From the NCBI GenBank assembly GCA_022446815.1, contig JAKVCD010000018.1, forward strand, positions 211,908-275,907: a stretch of 64,000 nucleotides of DNA. The letters run 5' to 3'. The notes under the pieces are model-generated. The model ran no database searches and was not told the origin of the DNA. It saw only the letters and a program-made list of their open reading frames with translations. Below, piece by piece: positions 1 through 9,564 of the stretch. The stretch is from Planctomycetota bacterium. Its GTDB lineage: Bacteria > Planctomycetota > UBA1135 > GCA-002686595. A program made the translations under genes and the position numbers. The number at the start of each line of letters is the position of its first letter. Position 1 is the first letter of the stretch.

Positions 1-344
1 AGGGCTTCTGGCTGGTCGTGGGCGGGATCGCGCTCCACGGCTTCTGCTATGACTTCTTCTTCGTCACGGGGCAGGTCTACGCGGACCAAGCGACCGGGCC
101 GGACATCCGAGGTCAGGTGCAGAGCATGCTGATCTTCTTCACCCAAGGCTTGGGCCTCTTCTTCGGCGCGCTCGCAGCGAACAGCCTCGCAGGCAAGACC
201 TTCGGGGACGTGCCGAGCAACACCGCCGCAGCCCTGGAGCTCTGGCCTGACTTCTGGTGGCCGCTCGCGGGGCTCGCCGCCTTGATCATGGTCCTCTTCA
301 TCTTCCTCTTCCGCCCAGACCCTATGGGCGAGACGAAGGCCTGA
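1..344 (+). CDS. MFS-type transporter, nucleoside:H+ symporter-like, C-terminal fragment (5' end outside window)
   Basis: Frame is open to the window edge with TGA at 342-344. Hydrophobic TM segments are present. HGFCYDFFFVTGQVYAD..IRGQVQS resembles the last helices of the NupG/XapB family. A strong terminator follows. Confidence 0.6.
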   Translation, partial: GFWLVVGGIALHGFCYDFFFVTGQVYADQATGPDIRGQVQSMLIFFTQGLGLFFGALAANSLAGKTFGDVPSNTAAALELWPDFWWPLAGLAALIMVLFIFLFRPDPMGETKA

Positions 345-363
345 GCTGAGGCTCACTCCCAAT

Positions 364-402
364 GCGCTGGGGCCCTGCTGAGAGGGCCCCAGCGCTTTTT
401 TT
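364..402 (+). terminator. Rho-independent terminator
   Basis: Perfect 13-bp stem gcgctggggccct / agggccccagcgc with a 6-nt loop, followed by T7. Confidence 0.85.
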
Positions 403-624
403 GTGCCGATTCGCGTAGGACGCGGCTTGGAGGGCTGCGCTTTCAGGGGGTGGGAATCTGGCTTTCTCGCTTCGGTTCCCTCCTAGGGCCTCCTTAGGGG
501 CGTGTGAAGAGCAGCACGAGCCCAGCGGGCAAGGGTGATTTTTCGCCGCTTTCCCGTCCACCCGGCGGCTCGCGAGTGCACTTGACCATATCGAGCGAGA
601 AACCCACTTCCGCAGAGGACAACG

Positions 625-1428
625 ATGACCAGACTCACCTCAATAATCGCCAAGAGCAGACTCCCGTTCCTGTCGACAGCCAAGGATCAGCCTAAGACAG
701 GCCGGATAGACGAATCTCTAGAGAGCGTCAGAGAGCAGGAGGAGGCCTCCTTCTCTAAGCGCATCAAAGCCGAAACCGCCGAGGCACACCGCATCGTCGA
801 GTCCACCAACTTCGTGAAGGGCATCCTGCGCGGCGTGATGGACCTCGAGAGCTTCGGGAACATGCAAGCTGGCATGTACCTCGTCTACTCCGCCATGGAG
901 ATCGAGCTCGAGCGGCACAAGGACCACCCGCTGGTCTCCGAGGTCTACTTCCCCGAGCTCAAGCGAACTGAGGTGCTCGAGGACGACCTCCGCTTCCTCT
1001 ATGGAGAGGACTGGGAGAGCCAGATCCGGAGCACGCCCGCCCGTGAGGAGTATGTGGAGCGAATCCACTGGCTGGGCGACAACGACCCTGGCCTCCTCGT
1101 CGCCCACAGCTACACGCGCTACCTCGGGGACCTCTCCGGCGGTCAGGCGGTCTCCAAGATCGCGCGCCGCTCGCTAGACCTGGAGGGCCGAGATGGTCTG
1201 CGCTTCTTCGACTTCGACGAGGTTGAAGATGGGAAGGCCTTCAAGAACGAGTACCGCAGGCGCCTCGATGAGCTGCCGCTCAGCGACGTCCGCGCGATGG
1301 AGGTGATCGATGAGGCGAAGAAGGTCTTCGCGCTCAATCAGCGCCTCTTCGAAGAGCTCGAGGGCAGCTGGATTCGCACCCTCGCGAGCTTCCTCCCGAT
1401 CGACTTCAACAGCCGCTTGCGCGCCTAA
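625..1428 (+). CDS. Heme oxygenase (HO-1/HmuO family)
   Basis: ETAEAHRIVEST, MYLVYSAMEIELE, AHSYTRYLGDLSGGQ and LNQRLFEEL match canonical heme oxygenase helices. Confidence 0.85.
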   Translation: MTRLTSIIAKSRLPFLSTAKDQPKTGRIDESLESVREQEEASFSKRIKAETAEAHRIVESTNFVKGILRGVMDLESFGNMQAGMYLVYSAMEIELERHKDHPLVSEVYFPELKRTEVLEDDLRFLYGEDWESQIRSTPAREEYVERIHWLGDNDPGLLVAHSYTRYLGDLSGGQAVSKIARRSLDLEGRDGLRFFDFDEVEDGKAFKNEYRRRLDELPLSDVRAMEVIDEAKKVFALNQRLFEELEGSWIRTLASFLPIDFNSRLRA

Positions 1429-1447
1429 GACACCCCCACTGGAGAGT

Positions 1448-2635
1448 ATGACCATGGACATCGTGACCCTTGGCGGTGAGACCGCCGCGACCGACGCCGA
1501 CCACGGCTTTGACGCTGAGACCTTTAAGGAGTTCATCTCCTTCGACGTGGGCGATGGAGCGCCGATCTATTACCACAGCGTCGGCAAGCTCTACCGCCAG
1601 CCCGGCGGAGAGATCATCGCTGACGTCGAGGCGCTCGTGAGCAACCGCTTGGTGAAGATGGAGGGCGATAAGGCGGAGGCCATCTGTCGCACCCTCGTGC
1701 TCTACCGAGATCCGGAGACAGGCGAGATCCTCAAGGAGGCCGACGGCAGCCACATTGTCCGGGAGTACCCGTACATCATCGCGCGCTTTGAGCGGAAGGA
1801 CCGTCGCCTTGTGATCCACACGGAGGGCCTCAGCGGTCCTCACCAGAACGGACACTACGGCCTCGCCAAGGTGAGCAATGACAAGGTCTACGCGCACCGC
1901 TCCGGCGACACGACGCTCTTTTACTGGACCCTCTACGGAGAGGTCGAGACGCCCATCGGCAAGGTGTGGTTTAACGAGGCCTACAACGGGTCGACCTCGC
2001 CGGACGTCATGACGATGAACCGCTACGGGACCCTGCCTGCCTTCGCTGGCATGGGCGACGGCTTCATGCAGACCACCGCCGCGCGCGTCGACTCTTACGA
2101 GGAGCTCCCGCAGCACATCCGTGAGTACGTCGAGGAGCACGCGCCCTCGCATGTCGCCCCTCCGGTAGACGACGAGGAAATCGCGCGCCTGCGAGACGAA
2201 TACCTCGGTGATGCGCCCCCTGAGGGGCCGAAGTCTGAGGCACCCAAGCGCCTCAGCAACGAGGAGATCGCGGAGGTGGTCGGACAGTACTTCTCCTCCC
2301 TGCGCCTGATGGAGGTGGACGAGCTCTTGGACCTCTTCACTGAGGACGCCTTGAGCTGGGACCCTGTGGGGACACCTCCGATGCGCGTCCGCGACAAGTC
2401 GACGAACTACTTCCGAGCGCTCTCGAAGATCTTCGACAAGATGTCCCTCACCGAGGACGACATCTTCGTCTCAGGCAACGAGGCCGCTGTGAGGTGGAAG
2501 GGCGAGGCCAAGCTCCGCAGGAAGGAGACCGAGGTTAAGTTTGACGGTGTGAGCGTCTTTGAGATCAGTCCCGAAGGTCTGATCCAGAACGTCCGCTCCT
2601 ACTGGGACAAGCCGGGCTTGATGGCCAGCCTCTAA
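1448..2635 (+). CDS. Hypothetical protein with C-terminal SnoaL/NTF2-like domain
   Basis: The ATG at 1448 lies in frame within track ORF 1310-2635, and the upstream part overlaps the heme oxygenase gene. The last ~120 aa (VVGQYFSSL..LFTEDA..FVSGNEAAVRWKGEA..FDGVSVFEI..IQNVRSYWD) look like an NTF2/SnoaL fold. The N-terminal ~270 aa are unassigned. Confidence 0.6.
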   Translation: MTMDIVTLGGETAATDADHGFDAETFKEFISFDVGDGAPIYYHSVGKLYRQPGGEIIADVEALVSNRLVKMEGDKAEAICRTLVLYRDPETGEILKEADGSHIVREYPYIIARFERKDRRLVIHTEGLSGPHQNGHYGLAKVSNDKVYAHRSGDTTLFYWTLYGEVETPIGKVWFNEAYNGSTSPDVMTMNRYGTLPAFAGMGDGFMQTTAARVDSYEELPQHIREYVEEHAPSHVAPPVDDEEIARLRDEYLGDAPPEGPKSEAPKRLSNEEIAEVVGQYFSSLRLMEVDELLDLFTEDALSWDPVGTPPMRVRDKSTNYFRALSKIFDKMSLTEDDIFVSGNEAAVRWKGEAKLRRKETEVKFDGVSVFEISPEGLIQNVRSYWDKPGLMASL

Positions 2636-2665
2636 GCGCTGTCATCGCTATCGCTGAGGGACCTC

Positions 2666-3298
2666 ATGCACGACCCTGAGAAGTACGCCGCCGTCGCAGA
2701 CAACTTCGTCTACGTACACCGCGCCCTGCGCCGAGACTTAACGCGGATCATCGATGGTGGGAGGGAGCTCTTCAGGAGCGACTTCCCGCGCTTCGCGCGC
2801 ATCCTCGCGAAGCACACTGAGCTAGAAGATGTCCTCTTCTTCCCAGCGCTCGAGGAGCGCGCGCCGGGCTCCACCCAGATGACGACGGACCCGCACCAGG
2901 AGATCGAAGCCCTCGTTGACTCCCTGCTCGCGGACAGCTCAGGTGAGGACCTCGAAGGGCGCTTGAGAGCGCTCCAAGAGCTCTTGCTGGCTCACCTCGC
3001 TGAGGAGGAGGAGCTCGTCATGCCAGCCATGATGGAGCACTTCGAGGCGGCGGAGATCTGGGCCCTCGACGGCCAGATCATGGAGCACTGCGCGCCTGAG
3101 TTCATGCAGGAGATGCTGCCCTGGTGGTTCACGCACATCGACGCGGCAGACCGCGTGGCTGTGGCGCAAAACATGGTCGCTGGAGTGCCTCCGGAGGTGC
3201 TTGGGTTGCTCGCGCAGCTCATCAGAGCCGGACTCGCAGAGCAGGACTGGCAGGCGCTCCGTGAGCGCGTCCCTGCGCTCGCTGCAGAGGCTGCCTGA
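2666..3298 (+). CDS. Hemerythrin-like (HHE cation-binding) domain protein
   Basis: HRALRRDL, HTELEDVLFFPALEE, HQEIEALV and LLAHLAEEEELVMPAM are spaced like hemerythrin His/Glu ligands. Confidence 0.7.
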   Translation: MHDPEKYAAVADNFVYVHRALRRDLTRIIDGGRELFRSDFPRFARILAKHTELEDVLFFPALEERAPGSTQMTTDPHQEIEALVDSLLADSSGEDLEGRLRALQELLLAHLAEEEELVMPAMMEHFEAAEIWALDGQIMEHCAPEFMQEMLPWWFTHIDAADRVAVAQNMVAGVPPEVLGLLAQLIRAGLAEQDWQALRERVPALAAEAA

Positions 3299-3414
3299 AG
3301 AGGGGTGACGGCGTACTCAGACCCTGTCTGTGTCGTCCTCAGTGGGCGCAGCTTGACGGTGGCGGAGAACCTCTGGAAGATGAGTGGACTCAAAGGTCCC
3401 TCAAGGAGATTTCC

Positions 3415-4050
3415 ATGTATCGTCTGCTCTTCCTGCTCCCCCTGCTCATCACCTCCTGTCAGATGAGCACCGCTAACAACATCAGCTCCCTAGACAACTG
3501 GAGGGGCTACAAGAAGGACGCTGTGCCCGAGCAGTGGGTCAACGAAGACGAGCACACGATCCACCTCACCGGTGGTGGGGCGGGGGACCTGATCACTCGA
3601 GAGCAGTACGGCGACTTCGAGCTCACCATGGAGTGGAAGATCTCCCCTAAGGGCAACAGCGGGGTCATGTACCGCGTGTCTGAGGGAGATGGTCCGACCT
3701 ACTTCACTGGCCCTGAGATGCAGGTCCTCGACAACGTTGTCGCGGGTGGCGACCTCATGCACTCCGCAGGCGCTGACTATGCGCTCCACGCGCCCAGCGA
3801 GGACAACACTCGCCCGGTGGGCGAGTGGAATGAGGTGCGCATGGTCGTAGACGGACCGCACGTTGAGTACTGGCTTAACGGCGTGCAGCAGTGCAGCTAT
3901 GAGCTCTGGAGCGAAGATTGGAACGCCCGCGTCGCGGCCTCCAAGTTCAAGGAGTGGCCTGGCTTCGGTATGAACAAGCGTGGGCACATCGCCCTCCAGG
4001 ATCACGGCAACCCCGTCTGGTATCGGAACATCCACATCCGCTCTCTCTGA
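3415..4050 (+). CDS. DUF1080 (3-keto-disaccharide hydrolase-like) family lipoprotein
   Basis: Lipobox LLITSC. WRGYKKD..W, GDLITREQYGDFELTMEWKISPKGNSGVMYRV, GPEMQVLDN and HIALQDHGNPVWYRNIHIRSL are typical of DUF1080. Confidence 0.8.
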   Translation: MYRLLFLLPLLITSCQMSTANNISSLDNWRGYKKDAVPEQWVNEDEHTIHLTGGGAGDLITREQYGDFELTMEWKISPKGNSGVMYRVSEGDGPTYFTGPEMQVLDNVVAGGDLMHSAGADYALHAPSEDNTRPVGEWNEVRMVVDGPHVEYWLNGVQQCSYELWSEDWNARVAASKFKEWPGFGMNKRGHIALQDHGNPVWYRNIHIRSL

Positions 4051-4069
4051 GCCGGAATAGGGCTAGCAG

Positions 4070-4103
4070 GCGGCCTTTAAGACCCCTTAATGGCCGCTTT
4101 TTT
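4070..4103 (+). terminator. Possible intrinsic terminator
   Basis: gcggcc ... ggccgc stem (6 bp, long loop) followed by T6. Weak. Confidence 0.45.
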
Positions 4104-4286
4104 GAAGGAGCTGCAAAAAAGAGAACTCCTTCGCGGCTAAGTCAGCACAGGCCCTAGGGGCGGGATAGACTTCCGCGCCTTAGGAGTCTCAACCTCCCAC
4201 CGTTCGTTCCTCGTGCCAATTCGGCTCTGAGGGATTGGACGCGGTGGAACGAGGTGGGGCGCTCCGCACAACCTAGAGCCTGAGCC

Positions 4287-5207
4287 TTGACCCAACCCGG
4301 AATCCCCAACGAGTACTCGCTGTCGACGTCGTGTTACGGCGACCGTCTCCAGACGATCGAAGATCAAGCCTTCGCAACGGTCGCGATGGGCTTTCGTCGT
4401 ATGGAGCTTGGGTTAGCTGAGGAGCCGGTCCCCTTGAATGGTTTCCATGACTCGCGGCGAGAGACTGGCATCGAGGTCCGCTCGATGGTGGTGGGGTGCC
4501 TCGACTCACGCTCCTCTGCGATGACAGGCACACGCCTTGGCAGCCTCGACCGAGACGAGCGCGCTCAGGCGCTGCTCTCTTGCAGGCGCCACATTCGCAT
4601 CGCCGCGCAATATGAGTGCCCCGTCGTGATCTTGCGCGGCTGTCAGCTCGAGGATGAGAAGCTGACCCTCGCGGCGGACACCCTCCATGCGCGCCTCGTC
4701 GAAGAGGGGCCGGAGGAAGAGGTGATCAAGGATGTGCAGGCGCACGTAAGCAAGGTCGCTCGGAAGAGCCAGAGTCAGATAGATCACTTCTGTCGAGGTA
4801 TTCACAAGCTCATCACCGAGTTCCCCGGCGTCACGATCGCTGTTGAGGCAGGGATGCACTACAACGACATCTTTGGCCACGAGACCATCGGTTGGATGCT
4901 CGAAGACCTCGGCGGGCAAGGGCTCCGCTACTGGCACGACACAGGCCGGATCTACATGCGAGAGCGCGCGGGCCTCCCGTCGCAGGGCGACTGGCTCGAC
5001 GCCTTCGGTTCGAACATGGTGGGGGCGCATATCCATGACTCGGACGGCGTCTTCTGCGAGATGCCTGTGGGGAAGGGAGGGGTCGACTTCAAGCTGCTCG
5101 CTGAGTACATCCCCAAAGAGGCGGAGCGAGTTCTTGAGGTGAACTCACGGCATCCCCGCGCCGAGATCCTCGCGGCCGTGCAGACTCTCGAGAGCCTCGG
5201 AGTCTGA
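4287..5207 (+). CDS. Sugar phosphate isomerase/epimerase (xylose isomerase-like TIM barrel)
   Basis: TTG start. YSLSTSCY first strand, MELGL, AVEAGMH and HIHDSDG metal-ligand-like motifs are present. Confidence 0.65.
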   Translation: MTQPGIPNEYSLSTSCYGDRLQTIEDQAFATVAMGFRRMELGLAEEPVPLNGFHDSRRETGIEVRSMVVGCLDSRSSAMTGTRLGSLDRDERAQALLSCRRHIRIAAQYECPVVILRGCQLEDEKLTLAADTLHARLVEEGPEEEVIKDVQAHVSKVARKSQSQIDHFCRGIHKLITEFPGVTIAVEAGMHYNDIFGHETIGWMLEDLGGQGLRYWHDTGRIYMRERAGLPSQGDWLDAFGSNMVGAHIHDSDGVFCEMPVGKGGVDFKLLAEYIPKEAERVLEVNSRHPRAEILAAVQTLESLGV

Positions 5208-5321
5208 GGAGGAGCGCCCTGTGGCGCCCCCTGGGCCCCTAGGTGGGACTCTTCGCCTCATAAGGGCTTCCACACCTTCGCGCAGCGCGTGTGAGGGCCT
5301 AGGATCTGTCGACGCTCAGGC

Positions 5322-6425
5322 ATGTCTCAGCTAGATCCACAAGCCAGCACCCAAGATCCGGCGTTCTTGGGCTCCGCCCTCGCTCACCTGCAGGAGGTCC
5401 TCAAGACCGCCGCGAGGGGTGCGAGGGGAGAGCGCTTGCTCGTCCTGACACATCGTGGACCTGACCCTGACGCTATCGGAGCGTTGGAGGGGATGCGCTT
5501 CCTATTAGATCGCTCCCTCGGGATCCAAGCAGACATCGTCACAGTGGGTCGCATCCACCGAGCGGAGAATCTCGCGCTGGTGCGGACCCTCGACCTAGAG
5601 TTTGGCGAGTACGACGAGGTCCGCCCACTGGAGTACTTCGGGAGCCTCCTCGTAGACACACAGCCTGGCTTCGGACACACGGTCATCCCTGACGAGATCC
5701 CGCTCTTAGGTGTCTTAGACCATCACGTCACCCCTGAGGATGGCGTCGGGCCCGAGACGGTCCCACACCACGACGTGCGACTCGGCGTCGGCGCGACCTC
5801 CTCGATCGTCTGGGACTACATCCGTGAGAGCGGCTTGGAGCTTGAGCCTGTCGTGGCGACCGCGCTCTTTTGCGGCGTGCGCTATGACACGAAGGACCTC
5901 TCACGCAACGTCTCTGCGCTCGATGAGGAGGCCTACTACGAGACCTTCCGACGCGCGCGACGTGAGGTGCTGCCCTCGATCCACAACCCACCGCTGCCGC
6001 GGAAGTACTACGCTGAGCTGCACCGCGCGCTCGACCTAGCCTGTCAGCACGGCCCCCTCGTGCTGTGCTTACTAGGAGAGGTCAGCCATCCAGAGTTCGT
6101 CGCGGAGATGGCGGACTTCTTCTTGCGGATGCGCGGGGCGAGCTGGGTCGTCGTCGGAGGTTTCGTCGAGGAAGAGGGAGAGTACGTGATCTCGCTCCGA
6201 ACGGATCAGGCCTTCGGGAACGCCTATCCCTTGCTGCAGCGGGTCATGGGTGGTGAAGGGACCTTTGGGGGACACGGCCACATCGCTGGCGGCCGGATCC
6301 CCGTGGAGGCCGCTCGTGAGGGAGCGATCGAAGAGGTCGAGGAGCGGCTCAACGTCCTCGCGCTCGCCGTCATCGGTAAGGACGAGCATGGTGAGGACGG
6401 ACCCGAAGAGCGCGACCTCATCTGA
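5322..6425 (+). CDS. DHH-family phosphoesterase (NrnA-like)
   Basis: THRGPDPDAIGA, LVDTQPG, LDHH and the GGHGHIAGG DHHA1 motif are present. Confidence 0.75.
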   Translation: MSQLDPQASTQDPAFLGSALAHLQEVLKTAARGARGERLLVLTHRGPDPDAIGALEGMRFLLDRSLGIQADIVTVGRIHRAENLALVRTLDLEFGEYDEVRPLEYFGSLLVDTQPGFGHTVIPDEIPLLGVLDHHVTPEDGVGPETVPHHDVRLGVGATSSIVWDYIRESGLELEPVVATALFCGVRYDTKDLSRNVSALDEEAYYETFRRARREVLPSIHNPPLPRKYYAELHRALDLACQHGPLVLCLLGEVSHPEFVAEMADFFLRMRGASWVVVGGFVEEEGEYVISLRTDQAFGNAYPLLQRVMGGEGTFGGHGHIAGGRIPVEAAREGAIEEVEERLNVLALAVIGKDEHGEDGPEERDLI

Positions 6426-7179
6426 GCCGGCGCGACTCCTGATCATCGCAGGGAGAGACTCCAGCGGTGGAGCGGGTGTCGTGGCCGACCTCGAGGCGGC
6501 TAAGTGGGCGGGCGTGAGCGCTCACGTCGTGGTCACAGCAGAGACACGGCAGGGGAGTGAGGGACTTGTGGAGCTAGGCGCGAGGTCTCCACGAGAGTGG
6601 GTGGAGGAGGCGTCGCGCGCTCTCGAGGAGGGCATCGAGGCGGTCAAGTTCGGACTCCTGCCTGGGGCGGAGCACATCGAGGCGGCCGCTAGGCTGTTGG
6701 AAGAGATCGAGGAGCGTGTCCCGGTCGTCGTAGACCCGGTGCTCGCCCCGAGCTTAGGGGGGCGCTTCCTAGATGCGCTGGGCGTCTTGGCGCTGCGGGA
6801 AGAGCTGCTCCCTAGGGGCTGTGTCTTGACCCCTAATATTTTGGAGGCAGCAGAGCTGACCGAGCGCCCGCTGAAGCTCCTCATGGAGAGCCCGGAGGCT
6901 CGAGTCGAGGCAGCAGAGGAGCTGATCGAGCGTGGAGCGGGGGGCGTGCTGATCAAGGGGGGACACGCCGAAGGAGAGCTCGCTGAGCTTGTCTGTGAGC
7001 CAGGCAAAGAGCCTGTGTGGCTTCGCCTAGAGCGGCGAAGCGGTAGCCTGCGAGGGACGGGCTGTAGGCACGCTACAGCCGTCGCAGCCTCCCTGGCGAA
7101 GGGGATCCAGCTCAGCGAGGCTGCCAAGGTCTCCAGCGCTTGGATAGGCTCCCTCTTCCCGTCTCAGGGGGCCTTTTGA
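6388..7179 (+). CDS. thiD: Hydroxymethylpyrimidine/phosphomethylpyrimidine kinase
   Basis: LLIIAGRDSSGGAGVVADL, VKFGLLP, VVDPVL, LTPNILEA, LIKGGH and LRGTGCRHATAVAA are present. Start chosen at an in-frame ATG overlapping the upstream gene, so the exact start is uncertain. Confidence 0.75.
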   Translation: MVRTDPKSATSSEPARLLIIAGRDSSGGAGVVADLEAAKWAGVSAHVVVTAETRQGSEGLVELGARSPREWVEEASRALEEGIEAVKFGLLPGAEHIEAAARLLEEIEERVPVVVDPVLAPSLGGRFLDALGVLALREELLPRGCVLTPNILEAAELTERPLKLLMESPEARVEAAEELIERGAGGVLIKGGHAEGELAELVCEPGKEPVWLRLERRSGSLRGTGCRHATAVAASLAKGIQLSEAAKVSSAWIGSLFPSQGAF

Positions 7180-7270
7180 CGGCTCTTTCGGGCTGCCACT
7201 TGCCTTCTGTGGAGCCGGAGGTACTCTTTTCCACCCACGAGAGAGGCGCATCGCGCCGCTCTAGGTGAAC

Positions 7271-7345
7271 GCGGCTGTAGCTCAGTGGTAGAGCGCAACC
7301 TTGCCAAGGTTGATGTCGAGGGTTCAAATCCCTTCAGCCGCTCCA
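7271..7345 (+). tRNA. tRNA-Gly (anticodon GCC), CCA encoded
   Basis: gcggctg acceptor stem pairs with cagccgc. Anticodon arm is caacc-ttGCCaa-ggttg. T-arm is gaggg-ttcaaat-ccctt. Confidence 0.9.
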
Positions 7346-7348
7346 CAA

Positions 7349-7396
7349 TGCGCGTTTCCGGGCCTCTCAAGAGGGCTGCGAGCGCGTTTTTTTTTT
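7349..7396 (+). terminator. Probable terminator after tRNA-Gly
   Basis: Imperfect GC hairpin (cgcg..ggcctct caag agagggc..cgcg) followed by T10. Confidence 0.6.
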
Positions 7397-7480
7397 GGAT
7401 GTTGATTCAGTGAACTCGTCGCCTTCGGATTCGTTGTGCGATGCGTCCACGATCCCCACCTCTGAAGGAGAACTCCCCAT

Positions 7481-9523
7481 ATGTTGAGCGTACTGCTCCT
7501 CGCTTTAGCGCAGGACATCGTCCTCCCAGAGAGCGTCATCATCGCTCCACGCGCGAACGACTCTGTCACAGCTACCGTCGCGAAGGTCCAGCATCTGAGC
7601 GGTGAAGAGCTGCGTGAAACTGGCGAGCGCTCCCTCCCTCGCGCGATCGCCAAGGCCGCAGGTGTCTGGGTCCAGGAGACGAGCCTCGGCGGCGGCGCGC
7701 CGGTGATTCGAGGCCTCTTGGGCAATCAAATCCTCGTCGTCGTAGACGGCGTTCGACTCAATGATTCGACCACGCGCTACGGGCCAAACCAGAGCCTGAA
7801 CATGATCGATCCCGCCTTCGTAGAGCGCGTCGATCTGATCCGAGGAGCGAACTCTGTCATCTATGGCTCAGATGCTATCGGCGGAGTGGTCTCGATCTGG
7901 ACCAAGCGACCTCCCGTGAGTGAAGGAGATTCCGCTGGCGCGGAGCTGGGCCTGACGGCTGTCACCGCGAGCTCTGGGCTGCGCGCTGACGCTGTTTACT
8001 CTGGGAGCGCAGCAGGCTTCGGCTGGATACTAGGTGGCACCAGGTCGGATTGGGGAGATCTGACGATCGGGGGAGGGGAGGAGCAGCCCTTCACTGGCTA
8101 TGAGTCAGAGGGCCGCTTCGCCAGCTTGGTGACAGCTCTGGATGAAGACGTCAGCCTTCGCGTGGTAGCTCGCAGGCACCGTGACTTCGACGTACCTAGA
8201 ACTGACAAGCTCTACGCTGGCTTCGGGCAGCTCCAGCCCAAGAACGCGGACTATCGCTACAGCCTGCAGGACCGCAGCGGTTACCTCCTTTCTTACACCG
8301 ACGAGAGCGCCGGAGGCCTCGCTGATGTGTTTCAGCTCCGTCTCTCGCTTCACACATACGTCGAGGAGCGCGACAAGCAGAAGACGGGCAGTGACACAGC
8401 GACCTTCGAGCAGGACGACGTCCGCTCCCTAGGAGTCGGCGCTGACTGGAAGCTCACATCTGGTGGGGGACATGAGCTCACCTTTGGCTTTGATCACTTC
8501 GCAGATCGCGTCGACTCTCTCCGCGTTGACACCGACACCACGACGGGGGTTAGCACGCTCAGGGATGGAACCTTCGCCCCTGGCGCTGAGTACTCTTCCT
8601 CCGGGGTGTTCATCCAAGATGAGCTCCGAGACCTAGGAGCTTGGGACGTCACCCTCGGGGCGCGGTACTCCCGCTATGACTTCGCCTTCAATGAGTTTGA
8701 TGGCGGAGCTTACGTCGAGGGCGACTTTGACTCCTTCGTCGCTAGCGCAGAGGCTGCCCGCGAGCTGGGCGAAGGGACGCGCCTTATCGGCGTCCTCTCC
8801 CAAGGCTTCCGCGCTCCCAATCTGGATGACCTCGCTCAAGACGGTGACTGGGCCGGAGGGACAGAGGTCCACAACCCAGACCTCCAGCCAGAGGAGAGCG
8901 TCACCGCAGAGCTCGTGCTTGAGTGGTCACGTGAGCGTTACGACGCCTCCCTCGCGGCCTTCGCGACCGAGATCGACGGCTACATTGGTCGGATCCTCAC
9001 AGATGAAGGTGACCCTGCGACGACAGGAGATGAGGCGTATTTGCGCATCAACTCAGGGGAGCTCTCGCTGACAGGCTTGGAGTACTCCGCTCGTCGCTAC
9101 TTAGGGGAGGGGCCTTACTCTCTCGGTGTGCAGGCGGCCTACGTGCGAGGGCGCCAGCACGACGAGAACGAGGCCAGCTTGGATGGAGTCCATGCCCGGC
9201 GTATCCCGCCGCTCTTCGGCCGCGCCTCACTGCGCTATGACGCGCCCTCCGTGGACGCGAAGCTCCGGTGGAGCGAGCTCTCCCTGGTCTTTGCGCAGGA
9301 GCAGGACCGCCTCCACCCGGAGGATGTGAGCGACCCACGCATCGACCCTGACGGCACCGACAATTGGGCGACCCTGAACCTCGATTTAGGCGGGCGCATG
9401 AACGAGTCCTTTGACTGGAATATCGGCCTGCACAACCTCTTGGATGAGCGTTACCGGGTCCATGCATCGGGCTTCGACTCACCCGGATTTGGGCTCGTAT
9501 TCGGTGTACGGGGGCATTTCTAG
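7481..9523 (+). CDS. TonB-dependent outer-membrane receptor
   Basis: Plug motifs GGGAPVIRGL, VDGVRLND and NSVIYGSDAIGGVVSIW are present. There is a long beta-barrel region and a terminal ..GVRGHF. Confidence 0.85.
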   Translation: MLSVLLLALAQDIVLPESVIIAPRANDSVTATVAKVQHLSGEELRETGERSLPRAIAKAAGVWVQETSLGGGAPVIRGLLGNQILVVVDGVRLNDSTTRYGPNQSLNMIDPAFVERVDLIRGANSVIYGSDAIGGVVSIWTKRPPVSEGDSAGAELGLTAVTASSGLRADAVYSGSAAGFGWILGGTRSDWGDLTIGGGEEQPFTGYESEGRFASLVTALDEDVSLRVVARRHRDFDVPRTDKLYAGFGQLQPKNADYRYSLQDRSGYLLSYTDESAGGLADVFQLRLSLHTYVEERDKQKTGSDTATFEQDDVRSLGVGADWKLTSGGGHELTFGFDHFADRVDSLRVDTDTTTGVSTLRDGTFAPGAEYSSSGVFIQDELRDLGAWDVTLGARYSRYDFAFNEFDGGAYVEGDFDSFVASAEAARELGEGTRLIGVLSQGFRAPNLDDLAQDGDWAGGTEVHNPDLQPEESVTAELVLEWSRERYDASLAAFATEIDGYIGRILTDEGDPATTGDEAYLRINSGELSLTGLEYSARRYLGEGPYSLGVQAAYVRGRQHDENEASLDGVHARRIPPLFGRASLRYDAPSVDAKLRWSELSLVFAQEQDRLHPEDVSDPRIDPDGTDNWATLNLDLGGRMNESFDWNIGLHNLLDERYRVHASGFDSPGFGLVFGVRGHF

Positions 9524-9564
9524 GCCTCTTCCACCACTCCGCGGTCTAAGAGGGGAGAATCTAT

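Noticed and set aside
6522-7127. 201-aa minus-strand ORF opposite thiD. Similar long antisense ORFs occur at 718-1107, 1406-2152, 11638-12357, 25515-26063, 41741-42478, 46527-47306, 48940-49677 and 51183-52025.
   Set aside because: These are high-GC antisense artefacts. They are Ser/Arg/Ala/Pro-rich, have no recognisable motifs, and each is fully covered by a motif-supported CDS on the other strand.
7271-7345. tRNA-Gly and tRNA-Pro (15287-15364) as possible integration sites of genomic islands
   Set aside because: No integrase, no excisionase-integrase pair and no duplicated tRNA 3' fragment was noticed nearby. The flanking genes are ordinary chromosomal genes.
7394-7480. Cobalamin or other riboswitch upstream of the TonB-dependent receptor
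   Set aside because: The untranslated gap is under 90 nt, too short for a B12 element, and I saw no B12-box-like sequence.
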